In this document: piece by piece, positions 30,546 through 42,113 of the stretch | Layout: each line of letters opens with the position of its first letter | Numbering within the stretch: position 1 is the stretch's first letter | Source: Dictyostelium discoideum | Taxonomy: Eukaryota | Length of the DNA stretch: 64,000 bases | Direction: 5' to 3' | Assembly (NCBI GenBank): GCA_000004695.1 | Contig: CM000150.2 | Span: 2,464,001 to 2,528,000, forward strand | Program-made: the position numbers and the translations under genes | Notes under the pieces: model-generated | Seen by the model: only the letters and a program-made list of their open reading frames with translations | What the model was told of the DNA's origin: nothing | Databases searched by the model: none

Positions 30546-32701
30546 ACTATTATTTCTGCTATGAGTTCTACTAAAACTTTTAATTTCATTATTATTACTA
30601 CTAATACTACTGCTAATACTACTACTGTTATTATAAAATTCACTATTATTATTATTAATATTATTATTATTATTATTTACATTGTTAAAATTTTTAACAT
30701 TATTTTGATTGTTTTTATATGTATTTTTATTTGAATCTGAAGAATTATTTAATAAAGGAGAGGTTGTTGATTTTTGAAACATATCAAGAGCATAATCATT
30801 TACATTTGAAATATCTTCATCAGTTTGAAAACAAGAATTTGTAAAGAAAAGGAACTGTTTTGTTAGTGTAAGATCGCCATCAGAGATTATTAATTCGACC
30901 TCGCCTTCATTTGGTTGTGAAGGACTAAGAAACATGATTGCATGTACATTCTGTTTAAAAGGTTTAACGTTTAAGTTTCCCACGGTGATTTCAATTGATT
31001 TCTTATTTAAATTATCACCAGTTATAGTGACAAAACAACCACTTTGTGGGCAAACTGCAGGTACAACCGATACGATTGAACTTCTATTATCAATTTCATC
31101 GATTAAAATATCCTTTAGTAATAAATAAACATCTGGCTTACTTCTCATTTCCATTGGTACAGCATATCCACGAATTCTAACTTCATCATTTAATTCTTTT
31201 AAAGTTAATGTTGATAATAATTTACCATCTACTAAAATTTGACCATCTTCTGAATATTTTGATTCGCTTGGTTTTGTAATTGGTCTATATTCTTGTTTTG
31301 TAATTGGTTGTTGTTGTTGTGTGGTTGGTTGTTTCTTATCACTTAATAAATTTGAAAATGATGAGAAAATACTTGATAATATTGGTGTTGGACTTGATGA
31401 TAATATATTACTATTATTAACTGATTCAATAATTGGACTTTCACAACCACTATTACTATAACTATTATTATTATTATTATTATTTGTAGTATAATTTGTA
31501 CCTTTTTTATTATTATTATTATTATTACCAATTTCTCTATTATAAATTTCTCTATTTAAAATATCAATTAATTGTTTTAAAACTTCTTGTTTTGATCTTG
31601 AATCACCTAAAGGTACAGATGAACCATGATTTTTAATTTCATCATTTATATCTTTGAGTGATAAAGAATTTAATAAATCTTGATTAATCTCTAATTCACC
31701 AGTTGATTGATTTGAAATAATTAATTGTGATTTATTTGATTTTATCATTGAATTTGTAGTATCGACAGTGATTAATAGCTTTTGATTGAATTGATTTGAG
31801 GTTAATTTAAATTCAGGTATTGAAGTTTGTAAATAAGTTGCAAAACTATGTTTAATATTATTGATGACTTGATTTTGTTTTGGTGTTGAACCTTGTAATT
31901 GTTTTAATTGTCTAATACCACTTTCCAACTCTTTGATTGAGATTGCAATGGTTTCTTCTAATGATTTCGCTTTTGAAACTGATGGTGATGCATTATTTTG
32001 AATTTGTAATACCAATGATTTAAAAGTTGGTATATACTTTTTACAATCCAATATATTCAATTGCATTTGTTCATAGAATTGAACGAAATCTGAATTCATT
32101 GATTTATCACTTTGTCTGTTAAAATCTAATCTTGTAATCATAATCTTTAGTGATGAAAAACAAACATTACATGTTATAACTGAATTTGGTTGTTGATGTT
32201 GTTGACTATGATTACTATTATTTTGTACTATAGAATTTGTTTCTTTTAATTTTATATTTAAAGATGATAATGGTACTGAATTATTATTACAATTTGAACA
32301 AACTATTGAATTACAAACTAAACATTTTTGCCTTTTATTAAATATTTTACCAAATTTACTACCACATATACAACAATTTTGTACCATTCTATTGATTTCT
32401 TGTGAATCTGTATTCAATAAAGTACTAATATTTAATGCTGCTTGTTTAAATTTAATTAACAATAAATCTTCTCCATTTCTATTATTATTTAAATATTTAT
32501 TTTTTAAAATATTAAATTCTTCTGTTTTATTTCTATAAACTAATTTTTTTTGTTTAAAAAAATTAATTAATAAAAAATTAAAAAAAAAAAAGTATTAATT
32601 AAATTGTTTAATTAATAAAATAATATTTATATTAAAAAATAATTACTTAATAAGGGTTCTTCTTTTGTATAACTTGTATTGAATTCTTCTGAACTCATCA
32701 T
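29841..32701 (-). CDS. Protein with an N-terminal Cys-rich zinc-finger-like motif, two SAP-like helices and IPT/TIG-like beta domains: complement(join(29841..32539,32647..32701))
   Basis: Exon 1 (MMSSEEFNTSYTKEEPLL) is followed by a GTAATT donor. Exon 2 follows AAAATTAG (YRNKTEEFNILKNKYLNNNRNGEDLLLIKFKQAALN...). It contains CCICGSKFGKIFNKRQKCLVCNSIVCSNC (three CxxC pairs), two SAP-like segments (LKDINDEIKNHGSSVPLGDSRSKQEVLKQLIDIL; LKELNDEVRIRGYAVPMEMRSKPDVYLLLKDIL), and TIG-like segments (SIVSVVPAVCPQSGCFVTITGDNL...). It is poly-N/S rich. Confidence 0.6.
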
Positions 32702-33221
32702 TTTTTTAATCTATTAATTTTTTTTTTTTTTTATTGTTATATTATATTATTTTATTATTATTATTATTATTATTATTTTATATTTTATTTTAAATCTTTT
32801 AAATGTAATAAGTGCGTGTATTAATTTGAATGTGTACACGCTCACACGACTGCAAATTTTAAAATTAATAAAAAAAAAAAAAAAAATTTTAATTTTATTT
32901 TTTTTTTTATTTTTTTTTTTTTATATTTTTTTATTTTTTTATTTATCAAGAAAGAAATTCTCATTTCTAATTAGTGGGGGGGTGGTAATTAAAAAAAATA
33001 AGAATAAATGAAAATAAAATTTTAGCCTGGTTAAATTTTTTTTGAAATTAAATTCCATGATTTTCCCGAATTTTTTTTTTATTTTTTTATTTCCTTTAAC
33101 AAATAAAGTTAAAAAAAAAAAAAAAAAAATAAAGAAAAAGAAAAAAGTTTAAAATAATAATATTTTTTTATTTTTATTTTTTTTATTTTTTTTTAGTGTT
33201 AATTATTTTATTATTATTTTT

Positions 33222-35823
33222 TTATTTTTTAAACTTTTTAGAATTTTCTTTATTTTTTTGTTCTTCAGCTTTTCTTTTAATATTTTGTGCCATTTCACTT
33301 AAACTTGATTTTGATGTTGTTGTTGTAGTGGTAGAATTAGTAGTAGTTGAATTTAAATTTTGATCTTTTAATTTATTTCTTCTTTCTAAAATTTCTTTTT
33401 CTTCTTTTTCTTTTTCAACTTTACGACGATTTTTCTTTTCGGTTAACATTTCAACCATACCAGTAGTTCTTTTGAATTTAGGGTCTGTTGGATCTATAGC
33501 GTAAGCTGGATCAATGAACATGCTATGAAATCTATTATCAGTTGTATTCATTTTGAAACCTTGGAGATCAATTAAATGTTTATCATCTTGGACATCCATT
33601 TTTTGATTTTTCTTTTTCAATTTCTTTTCCAATTTCTTTCTTTCAATTGGATCGATTGTATTCATTTTAGCTTCTCTCTCCAATTGTTTCTTTGTATAAC
33701 CTTTATTCTTTGAGAGATCATCATCCATTAAAAGTAACTCTAACTCTGCTTTCTCTTTTTTTTCCTCTTCAGTGACTCTACCTTTAGATTTATTCTTTTT
33801 TTGTTGTTTCTCTTTCTCTTCTTTCTCTTTAATTAATTTCTCAATTTCAATTCTTCTCTCTCTCTTTTTTTGTGATTTCTTTTCTTTCTTCTTTTCTAAA
33901 TAATCTGTAAAAACATTACCATTCTCTCTCTTTTCTTTTTCTTTTAATAATTTTTTACCAACATTATTTAAATTTGTATTAATTACCATCTCTTGAACTG
34001 TATCATCTTCTGAATCTGATTTTAAATCTTTTGCCCAATCTGGTGTTTCTGAATCTGATCCATTTAATAAATTATCATCATCATCATCGTCATCGTCATC
34101 ATCACCACTTTCATTTTCAGATGATTCATCATCAGCAGCAGAATCTGATTCATCATCATCATTTTCTTTATTAATTATACCTTCTTTATCAGATTCTTCA
34201 TCTTCTTCATCACTTGAACCAATTTCTTGATCTGAAAATTTAATTGAAAGACCATCGTCATCATCATCATCATCATCACTTTCATTTGATTTTTGTTGTT
34301 TTTGTTGTTTTAAAGTATCAGAGAAAGCTGAATTAAATGTAATTTGAATATCATCTTTTTCTTCTTCATCTTCAATACCATCTAATAATAATGATTTATA
34401 TTTATTTCTAAGTGCTAAACGTTTTGAATTTTTAGTTGTTTGTTTTCCATTTTTATTATTATTATTATTATTATCACCATCATCAGATGATTCTTCAGAT
34501 GATTCTTCAGATGAAGTTGGATCAGCTAAATATGCTCTTAAATCTTCTTCTCTTGCATCAAATTTTGAAAAGTTTTTAGTTAATAACTTCTTTCTAGTCT
34601 TATCGATATCCCAAGTGAAATCGACTGCTGTACCTTTAAGAATTGAAGTTTGGAAACCAAAACCACCATTTTCATCAGTTGAAGCGGGTAACTCTGTACA
34701 AGTGTCTCTTGGTGTATTTGTGAATTTTTGATCATCTGGAATGAATCTAAGATCTAAAACATTTGCTGTATCTTCAATTTCCATACCTTCACATTCTTCA
34801 TAAATTTTATTGGCAGTTTGAATTGAGCTACATTCAACTACAGCGTAATAGTATCTTAATTTCGATAATTCATATTGTCTTAACTTTTCCAAATTAAATC
34901 CTTTACCATCTAATGATTCTGCATCCTCTAGTTTATCAAAACTTAATGAACTCTCTTTTAAGCCATTATTATTACTATTGTTTATTATCGCTTTACTTGA
35001 GTCCCAAATTTCTTTATTTGGACCCAACGATTTTTCACGTGCCATTTGTTCCAAACCAAAATCCGATGGATAAATTGTAATTCTTTCAATATGACCACCA
35101 CCTGATGATGGTACAAATGAATTCAATAATATAAATAATTGTTTTGATGTAATATTATCCCAATCACAATTTAATACTGCAAATCTTTTAGTTGCATCAC
35201 CTCTTGGTACTTCCTCTTCTTCTTCCTCTTCCTCTTCAATATCATCACCTTGAAACTCTTCTGCATCTGAACTTTCTGTGTCTGAATTATATTCAAATCC
35301 ACCATATTCAATAACTTTTTCTGATTCAATATCTGAATTAATTGATTCCTCTTCTTCAACTTCTGATTCTGACTCTGATTCTGATTCAACAACTGGTTTC
35401 TTAATTTCTTTCTTTGTTGTTGATTTTGGTTTCTTTTCTTTTTCTTCTTTTTCTTCTTTTTCTTCATTTTCTAAAACATAGGTTTTCTTAATTGATTTAT
35501 CAATTTTTTTGTTTACAATCTTTCTACCATATTCATCAATTGGTGCTAAAAATAATGAAAAGAATTAACAAATTTTGTTATTAAATATTTATTATTTTTT
35601 TTTTATTTTTTATTTTTTTATTTTTTAAAAATTTACCATCTGATGTGAATGAACTATTTGATTTCATTAAATCACCGAATCTATTATCAAGTTGAACTGC
35701 CTTATCTTTTCTTCTGTACATCTTAAATTTTGGATCATTTTGAGCATGTTTAAAACGATTATCTGTAATTGCACCATTATTTGGTTTATTACCACCATTT
35801 TGTTTTGTTTTATTACTTTTCAT
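33222..35823 (-). CDS. ESF1 (18S rRNA factor / NUC153-domain nucleolar pre-rRNA processing protein) homolog: complement(join(33222..35545,35637..35823))
   Basis: Exon 1 (MKSNKTKQNGGNKPNNGAITDNRFKHAQNDPKFKMYRRKDKAVQLDNRFGDLMKSNSSFTSD) is followed by a GTAAAT donor. Exon 2 follows TTTTTAG and carries the ESF1 signature RFAVLNCDWDNITSKQLFILLNSFVPSSGGGHIERITIYPSDFGLEQMAREKSLGP. It also has acidic D/E/S tracts and a K/E-rich coiled-coil C-terminus. Confidence 0.8.
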
Positions 35824-35937
35824 CTCTTTACTTCTCTCTTTTATTTTTGTAATCGAACAAATGTGAGAAAATGAAAATAAAAAAAAAAAAATTAAAAATA
35901 AAAAAAAATAAAAATAAAAAAAAAAACGACAAACGAA

Positions 35938-35971
<34 letters not shown>

Positions 35972-36174
35972 CAATTTTCTTTTTTTTTTTTTTTTTAATT
36001 TTAATCAATTTATTTTAAATTTAATTATTTAATTATTTATTATTTTAAATTTTACTATGAATAGATTGTATTAATTAATTTTCTTTAAGTCATCCAACTT
36101 TTTTGGGGTATAAAAAAAAAAAAAAAAGTTAGAATTCTTTATAATTAAATAAGAGTTTAAAAAAAAAAAAAAAA

Positions 36175-36579
36175 TTAAATACATACAAAAAGTTCACCAA
36201 CATGAATGAATTTTTCTTTCAAATTATTTGTATAATCAAAATCATCACAAACTACAAAGATTGAATCATATGGTTTTGAAGTGATTGCATATAAAGTAGG
36301 TTTTGGATTTGAATTTTCATTTTGATTGGATATTGAATGAAATGAAATTAGATCACCATTTACAGTTTTATTTATTGGGTCTACTTTAAATTTTGAACCG
36401 TTTGCTTCTAGTTCATATCCCCAACAAGTATCCATTGATAAAATCTCTCTAATTTTACTAATTTCGTGGTTTTCCATTTGGAATTTTGGTGACTTGAATC
36501 GAAATTCCATTCCTTTAATACACCCAAAACTTGAGAATGTTTCATAAGTTATTATTAAATTCTTTTCGTTTTCAAACAT
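36175..36579 (-). CDS. Hypothetical protein, first exon only (134 aa). The exon ends at a GTATGT donor and the downstream exon or exons were not located
   Basis: The ORF MFENEKNLIITYETFSSFGCIKGMEFRFKSPKFQ...FIHVGELF is followed directly by GTATGTATTTAATTT on the minus strand. It has coding-like composition and I recognise no family. Confidence 0.35.
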   Translation of the reverse strand: MFENEKNLIITYETFSSFGCIKGMEFRFKSPKFQMENHEISKIREILSMDTCWGYELEANGSKFKVDPINKTVNGDLISFHSISNQNENSNPKPTLYAITSKPYDSIFVVCDDFDYTNNLKEKFIHVGELFVCI

Positions 36580-37383
36580 TTTTCTATTTATCTTTTTTTT
36601 TTTTTTTTTTTTTTTTCTAAAAATTTTTAATTATAATTATAATTATAATTGTATTGAGTGTTGTTGGGTGTTTAATAATTTTTTTTTTTTAATTTTTTTT
36701 TTTTAAATTAAAAATTATTTATTTATTAATTGTTTTTTTTTTTTTTTAAAAAAAATTTGTTTGTGGTTATATTAATTTTTTATTTGTGAAAAAAAATTAA
36801 AATTTAAAAAATAATTATGTAATTATTTATCATTTATTGATGTCCAAATGATAATTATTTTTATTTATTATAAAATAAAAATTATACGTATAACCTTATT
36901 AATGATCGAATTTAAATCATTCACAATTTTATTTTTCTTTATAATTCTTTTTTTTTTTTTCTATTTTTTATAATTCAAAACAAAAAAAAAAAAAAAAAAA
37001 AAAATATAGATTAAGCAAACCAATGTAGATAATTTTTTATTGTATTTTTTATTTTTTTAATTTCTTTTTTTAATTTCTTTTTTTTTTTTAATTCAAAAGC
37101 CGATTTAAAAAAATATTGTAATTTTTTTATTTGGGCCAACAAAAATACTTTTTTTGTTTCAAGGTTTTTTTTTTTGAATTGGACAACGCAATTTTTTTTA
37201 ATTGGTGTATAACACAATTGCAGGGGCTAAATATAACAAATCTCATCAATGCCAGGATGTGTAAAATTTAAATTTTTTTTCCTATTATTATTAAAAATCA
37301 ATTTTTTTTTTTTGAATTGGATAACGCAATTATTATTTGCTTCTCCTTGAGATGCTAGATCTCATTTTATTTTTTTTTTTTTT

Positions 37384-37628
37384 TTACAGGGTCTTTTTGA
37401 TTAAAACATCTTTTTTGTCCAAACTTTTTTCTAAATCTTTTTTTATTTTATCGTCTGGTTCGTGATTGATGTTTATGACGTATTTGAATTGTTTTTTTTT
37501 TTTTAATTGAGTTTTATCCACAATTTCGCTTATTTTTTGTAGGCATTTGTGTTGCTTAATATTTGTGGTGTTGTTTGTGATTTTCATTTTATTTTCTTTC
37601 TATCTTTTTTATTTTTCTGATTAACTTG

Positions 37629-37686
<58 letters not shown>

Positions 37687-39392
37687 TTATAGAAAGTACT
37701 GAGTGAATTATTGTATTTTTTGAGATGTTTAGGAAGTTCTATTGCGGGTGTTGATGATGATTTGTGACACCCCTTGTCCTGTTTTATCAATTGGTGCGTG
37801 GTGTGTTATTTTGTTTTTATATTGTTGATTTATTGAGTAAATTTTATTTGTTTTTATATTTGTTTCAGTTAGAAGTGCTGCGTCCAGCTTGTTGTTGTCT
37901 AAAACGGTGTTTATTATGCTGGCAGATTGGATGGTGTTGGATCCTTGGACGTTCCAAACACCTATTCTTATTGTGTTTTTCTTTATAGTTTTATTTGGGG
38001 TAGATTTTTATCTACCTTTTGAAGTTTCTGGTTTATTTTGTCTTCTAACTGATCTTTACTTTGTTCGTTGTGTTGTTGGTCTTGTGTGTTTGTGGGGTTT
38101 TTTGATTTATTGATTTGTTTTAGAATTTCCTTGTTGAAGTTGTCTATATCTTCATCCATTTTTGTTTTTATGCTTTTTTGTCCATATTCACCCAATTTTG
38201 GTTTGACTGGTGTTTTGTTGGTCTTGTTTGTTTTGTCTTGTTGTTTCTTTTTTGGTGTGTTTAACAATTTACTTGGTGAATCGATAATTTTCGATGGTGT
38301 ACCATAGGTTGGGCTGAAACTCATGATATGTTTTATTGGAGAGGAGAAGAACCATTGATTTGAAGGGATTGAAAGTGGGAATTCTATTTTTCTTATTGCA
38401 TCAGTGTTTGGGCTGGTGAAGTCGAAGATATCATTTGCCTCTCTAAGTTTTTCTTCCGTTGTTAGTCCCTTTGTTTCGCCGTGTTGTTTTATTGGTGTAT
38501 TGTATGGAGATGGTGGTTCGATAGGTTTTTCTGATTTTGTTTTAATTTCTTGATTGTTTATCGATTGTGTATTGATCTCATTCTCTATTCTTGTTAGTTC
38601 ATCTACGTTTTCTAGTGATGCTTCTATTACCTTTTGAGCTGTATCATCTAGGGCCATAAATGTTTTATCATTAGATGAGGATGTGATTGGTGGGATAATG
38701 ATTGTTCTTTTTCCTTGTTTTGGTATTTGTTCTGATGTAGATTGTGGTTGTTGTTCATCTGATTGTTTTTTATTTTTGTTTTCTTCTTGATTTTCTGGTA
38801 ATGAGGTTTGATCTCTCCATCCTTTGTTGGAGTGTCCAATTAATGTTAGATTGTCTAGTTCAATGATAGTGTCAAATTCTTCTACGACTCTTTTCACTGT
38901 TTTGATAATTAGAGTTTCGCCTTTAATTTCTGATTTAATTAGTTTACATCCTTCATTTTCTATTACCCATTCTATTTCTGTGAGTGATTTATACCAATCA
39001 AAATCTGTATACATATTTTTTGGTCTTATAGTGGTTATAAATTGTCCTTTTAATTCTGCATCAAACATATTTACAAAATAGATTACTGTACTAATACTGT
39101 CTGTGAGAATTTTGAATGTATTATTACTTTTGATTAAAACATCTTTTTTGTCCAAACTTTTTTCTAAATCTTTTTTTATTTTATCGTCTGGTTCGTGATT
39201 GATGTTTATGACGTATTTGAATTGTTTTTTTTTTAATTGAGTTTTATCCACAATTTCGCTTATTTTTTGTAGGCATTTGTGTTGCTTAATATTTGTGGTG
39301 TTGTTTGTGATTTTCATTTTATTTTCTTTCTATCTTTTTTATTTTTCTTTAAAAAGTTAAAAATCTGGAAATTTTCTAATTAACTTGGTTCC

Positions 39393-39458
<66 letters not shown>

Positions 39459-39460
39459 TC
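37384..39460 (-). mobile_element. tRNA-gene-associated non-LTR retroelement (TRE5-like). A full ORF1 copy sits head-to-head about 120-260 bp upstream of tRNA-Lys, followed in tandem by a 5'-region/ORF1 fragment (37384-37625). Each unit is bounded by a ~55-nt poly(T) tract on the plus strand
   Basis: A ~240-bp block including the ORF1 start (MKITNNTTNIKQHKCLQKISEIVDKTQLKK...) occurs twice, at 39115-39355 and 37384-37625. Each is followed on the plus strand by CTGATTAACTTGG/CCAGG and T(53-56) at 37632-37684 and 39403-39458. The element lies on the strand opposite to the tRNA and upstream of it, which is the TRE5 arrangement in Dictyostelium. I recognise the class, not the specific family. Confidence 0.5.
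37983..39317 (-). CDS. Retroelement ORF1 protein (444 aa)
   Basis: An intact 444-aa ORF whose 5' end is duplicated at 37384-37587 (the listed 67-aa ORF starts identically). It is basic and Lys-rich with a Q/N/T-rich C-terminus. Its position and orientation relative to the tRNA gene fit a TRE5-type ORF1. Confidence 0.5.
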   Translation of the reverse strand: MKITNNTTNIKQHKCLQKISEIVDKTQLKKKQFKYVININHEPDDKIKKDLEKSLDKKDVLIKSNNTFKILTDSISTVIYFVNMFDAELKGQFITTIRPKNMYTDFDWYKSLTEIEWVIENEGCKLIKSEIKGETLIIKTVKRVVEEFDTIIELDNLTLIGHSNKGWRDQTSLPENQEENKNKKQSDEQQPQSTSEQIPKQGKRTIIIPPITSSSNDKTFMALDDTAQKVIEASLENVDELTRIENEINTQSINNQEIKTKSEKPIEPPSPYNTPIKQHGETKGLTTEEKLREANDIFDFTSPNTDAIRKIEFPLSIPSNQWFFSSPIKHIMSFSPTYGTPSKIIDSPSKLLNTPKKKQQDKTNKTNKTPVKPKLGEYGQKSIKTKMDEDIDNFNKEILKQINKSKNPTNTQDQQHNEQSKDQLEDKINQKLQKVDKNLPQIKL

Positions 39461-39576
39461 TTTTTTATATGAAAAATGAAATAATCAAAAAAAGAGATTG
39501 TTGTTGTTGTTTGTTTTTTTCGATCTCTAATTAATTAATGACCTAATCTAGTAATTAAAATTTATTTATAACAAAT

Positions 39577-39650
39577 GCCCAGATAGCTCAGTCGGTAGAG
39601 CGCAAGGCTTTTAACCTTGTGGTCGGGGGTTCGAGCCCCCCTTTGGGCGA
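39577..39650 (+). tRNA. tRNA-Lys (anticodon UUU)
   Basis: GCCCAGATAGCTCAGTCGGTAGAGCGCAAGGCTTTTAACCTTGTGGTCGGGGGTTCGAGCCCCCCTTTGGGCG. It has a 7-bp acceptor stem, an A box (TAGCTCAGTCGG), the anticodon stem-loop CAAGG-CTTTTAA-CCTTG, and a B box (GGTTCGAGCC). There is one extra C between the T stem and the acceptor 3' strand compared with a canonical 73-nt fold, so the exact end is +/-1. Confidence 0.75.
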
Positions 39651-39666
39651 ATTTTAAAATAATCAA

Positions 39667-39932
39667 CTTTAGATCAAGTGTTCGACTCTGTATATGAAAT
39701 TAAAAAAATGGTCAACTATCCATTTATATTTTAACCGACCAATATTTTCATGCTTGGAGAGATCACTTTTTTTTTTTTAAAATAAAAAAATAGATTAATC
39801 ATTTATCCCTGGAAATAAGCAATAATTAATAGTTTTAATTATATTTATGAGTTTTTAATTTTAAAATATAAATGGTTAGCTGACCATTTTTTAAAGACGT
39901 TTTTACGGATTCGAACACTTGATCTAAAGATA
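39667..39932. repeat. Extra B-box (ex-B) element downstream of the tRNA gene, plus an inverted copy 240 bp away
   Basis: CTTTAGATCAAGTGTTCGACTCTGT at 39667-39691, about 20 bp 3' of the tRNA, contains GTTCGA. Its reverse complement, CTTTAGATCAAGTGTTCGAATCCGT, lies at 39908-39932 and has a better B-box consensus (GTTCGAATCC). Between them is a near-palindrome, AAATGGTTAGCTGACCATTT, at 39871-39890. Confidence 0.6.
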
Positions 39933-40109
39933 TATTTATTTAAATAAATTTTTAAATATAACTTTCAAAGAAATTACATTATTGGTTTTAAATTTAGAAT
40001 TTAAATATATCTTTTTTCATGAAAAATCCAATTCAAAAAAAAATCTTTTTTCATGAAAAAAAATTATTATTTGATTGTAAATTTTGATTTTGATTTAAAA
40101 AATATTGAT

Positions 40110-41723
40110 TTACTTCTTTAAAGATTGGATGATGAGATGAATCAATTGAATATTCAGTGAAAATGAATCGACAACATTGATTTGTCCACTATCTAAAGAA
40201 TTGATAACGATTGATATTAATAGATTCATATTATTTAATAAAACATTAACCATTGTAATATTTAAATTTTTAAAATAATTGGAAATCTTTAAATGACCAC
40301 ATTGTGATGTAGAATAATTTAAAATGTTTGAAAGTAGGTCAATAACATCACCACTAATACCACTAGTATCACCACTATTACCATATCTAAATAATAAAAA
40401 AGATAAAGTTACATCTAATAAAAGTAAATCACCTCTTTTTGAAATTTCAAATGCCAAATATTTGCAATTAAAAAATTTCTTATTTTTAAAAATTTTAATG
40501 ATTTGATTTTTATCATTATTGTCACAAGTATTATCGCAATTGTTAAATAAATTTGAGTTCAACTTTTTCCCATTATAATATTCCATTAAAATTAAATCTG
40601 AATTATCAACTAAACATCTTTTTGGTTCAATTTCTAAATACTTATTCCCACATATATTATAAACGTTGTTTATTAATTGATTTAATTATAGTATCTGAAT
40701 TAATTTTGCCTATTTTTTAAGAATATTGGTTTGGTAATTTAAAAACACAATTTTAAAAATATAAATTTCTTACCAATTGTGACCATTTATTTAAATAAAT
40801 AACTCCATTCCATATATAAGGATCACCATCATTCTTTTTTTTAACCAAAATATATTTATTCATTAGACCATCCAATTATTTAAAAGTTTTGATAGTTTCT
40901 TTTGCCAAAATTTTACTCTCAATTACTTCCAACTTAATGACTCCTGTTTTTTTCTCGTCAACCTTTTTTTTGAGGTCTTCAGAATAGAAAGAGGCTGATG
41001 ATACCCTTTTTGCTCCAGAACCTGGAAAAACTGTATTAATGGTTTGAATATTTAAATTACCATTAATAATATACTTTGGAATAATATGAAGTTCTTCTTT
41101 TGACAAAGTTATACAAATTGAATGCTGCGCGTGTTGATTATCTAAAGTCCCTGTACCGTAATTATAAAGAGGATGATATAAGGTTCTGGAGATTTTGGAA
41201 CACTGTGAATTACATGAATTCCCCCTTCTTCATTCCAAATAAAAAATCCTTTTGCATGTGCCTTTTTTAACACATGAAACATATGAAAAAAAAAGAATTA
41301 ACAACAAATTATAATAAAAAAAAAATAAAAATAAAAATTTAAAATTAACACATACACTATTATCTCCACGGGTTGATCATTATAGGTCAAACTATTATAT
41401 ATAGTTTTACCAGAGCTATTTGGATAACTCTGTTTGTATGTTGATGCAATTGGGTTTGGCTCATGCGGATTCCTAATATTATAATAAGCTAATTCATTAA
41501 TCACCCTATTTAATTCATTATCAGTATAAATAGCACCTCTACTGTGACTCAATTGTTCTAAAACCCACCATTCAACATTCTTTTCTATTTTAACTCCATC
41601 TTTATCTATAAACACCTGACTTTTTGTATAAACATTTTTTGTTGTTATACATTTTGGAGGAACACAATAAATTTGTGATATTAATAAAAATAAATATAGA
41701 ACTATTATATATTTATTTTTCAT
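40110..41723 (-). pseudogene. DNase II-like paralog, copy A. It keeps the signal-peptide exon (41298..41723) and the second exon (carrying one frameshift), but the third exon is deleted or diverged
   Basis: Exon 1 (MKNKYIIVLYLFLLISQIYCVPPKCITTKNVYTKSQVFIDKDGVKIEKNVEWWVLEQLSHSRGAIYTDN...) is paralogous to 55336..55734. Exon 2 (about 40800-41270) codes AHAKGFFIWNEEGGIHVIHSVPKSPE, then a 1-nt frameshift relative to copy B, then ...HAQHSICITLSKEELHIIPKY.... Downstream of the conserved intron (about 40715-40800) the sequence no longer codes DNase II motifs. The 158-aa ORF 40110..40586 is unrelated and low-complexity. Confidence 0.55.
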
Positions 41724-41744
41724 TTCTTAGATCTAGTATAAAAA

Positions 41745-41960
41745 AAAAAAAAAAAAAAATGAATCTATTTTTGCATTGAAATCTAAATTTGGATTTTTTT
41801 AAAAAAAAACGAACGAATTTTTGTTTCAGAAAAAAAAAAAAAAAAAAATTGATTCTTTTTTTTGTGAAAAAAAAAAAAAAAAAATGAATCTATTTTTGCA
41901 TTGAAATCTAAATTTGGATTTTTTTAAAAAAAAACGAACGAATTTTTTTTTTATTGTTTT
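41745..41960. promoter_or_regulatory. Divergent intergenic region between DNase II-like copy A (minus) and the giant gene (plus). It contains a ~70-bp direct repeat, present twice
   Basis: AAAATGAATCTATTTTTGCATTGAAATCTAAATTTGGATTTTTTTAAAAAAAAACGAACGAATTTTT occurs at about 41757-41826 and again at about 41880-41949. A related AAAAACGAACGAAAAT core recurs upstream of copy B (55880-55900). Any function is unknown. Confidence 0.3.
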
Positions 41961-42017
41961 CGAGCATCTCTACAAATCTTTTTTAATTTTTTTTTACGAA
42001 ACAGTTCTAAAATGTTT

Positions 42018-42049
<32 letters not shown>

Positions 42050-42113
42050 CTCAAAAAAAAATTATTAAATCTCAGAATATGTTTTTTTAAATCATATTTA
42101 AATTAAATAAAAA

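Noticed and set aside
36600-37380. Possible additional gene between the hypothetical exon at 36175-36579 and the retroelement
   Set aside because: It contains only homopolymer-rich AT sequence and short repeat remnants (TTGAATTGGA[C/T]AACGCAATT twice). The latter are more likely retroelement or flank debris, and there is no sustained open frame.
37764-38307. Plus-strand ORFs 37764..37988, 37889..38113 and 38068..38307 rich in Cys, Phe and Leu
   Set aside because: They are antisense to the retroelement ORF1 and its 3' region, reflecting G/T-rich antisense composition rather than genes.
40110-40586. 158-aa minus-strand ORF downstream of DNase II-like copy A
   Set aside because: It lies where exon 3 of the DNase II paralog should be but shares no DNase II motifs, so it is decayed, low-complexity sequence that opened a chance ORF.
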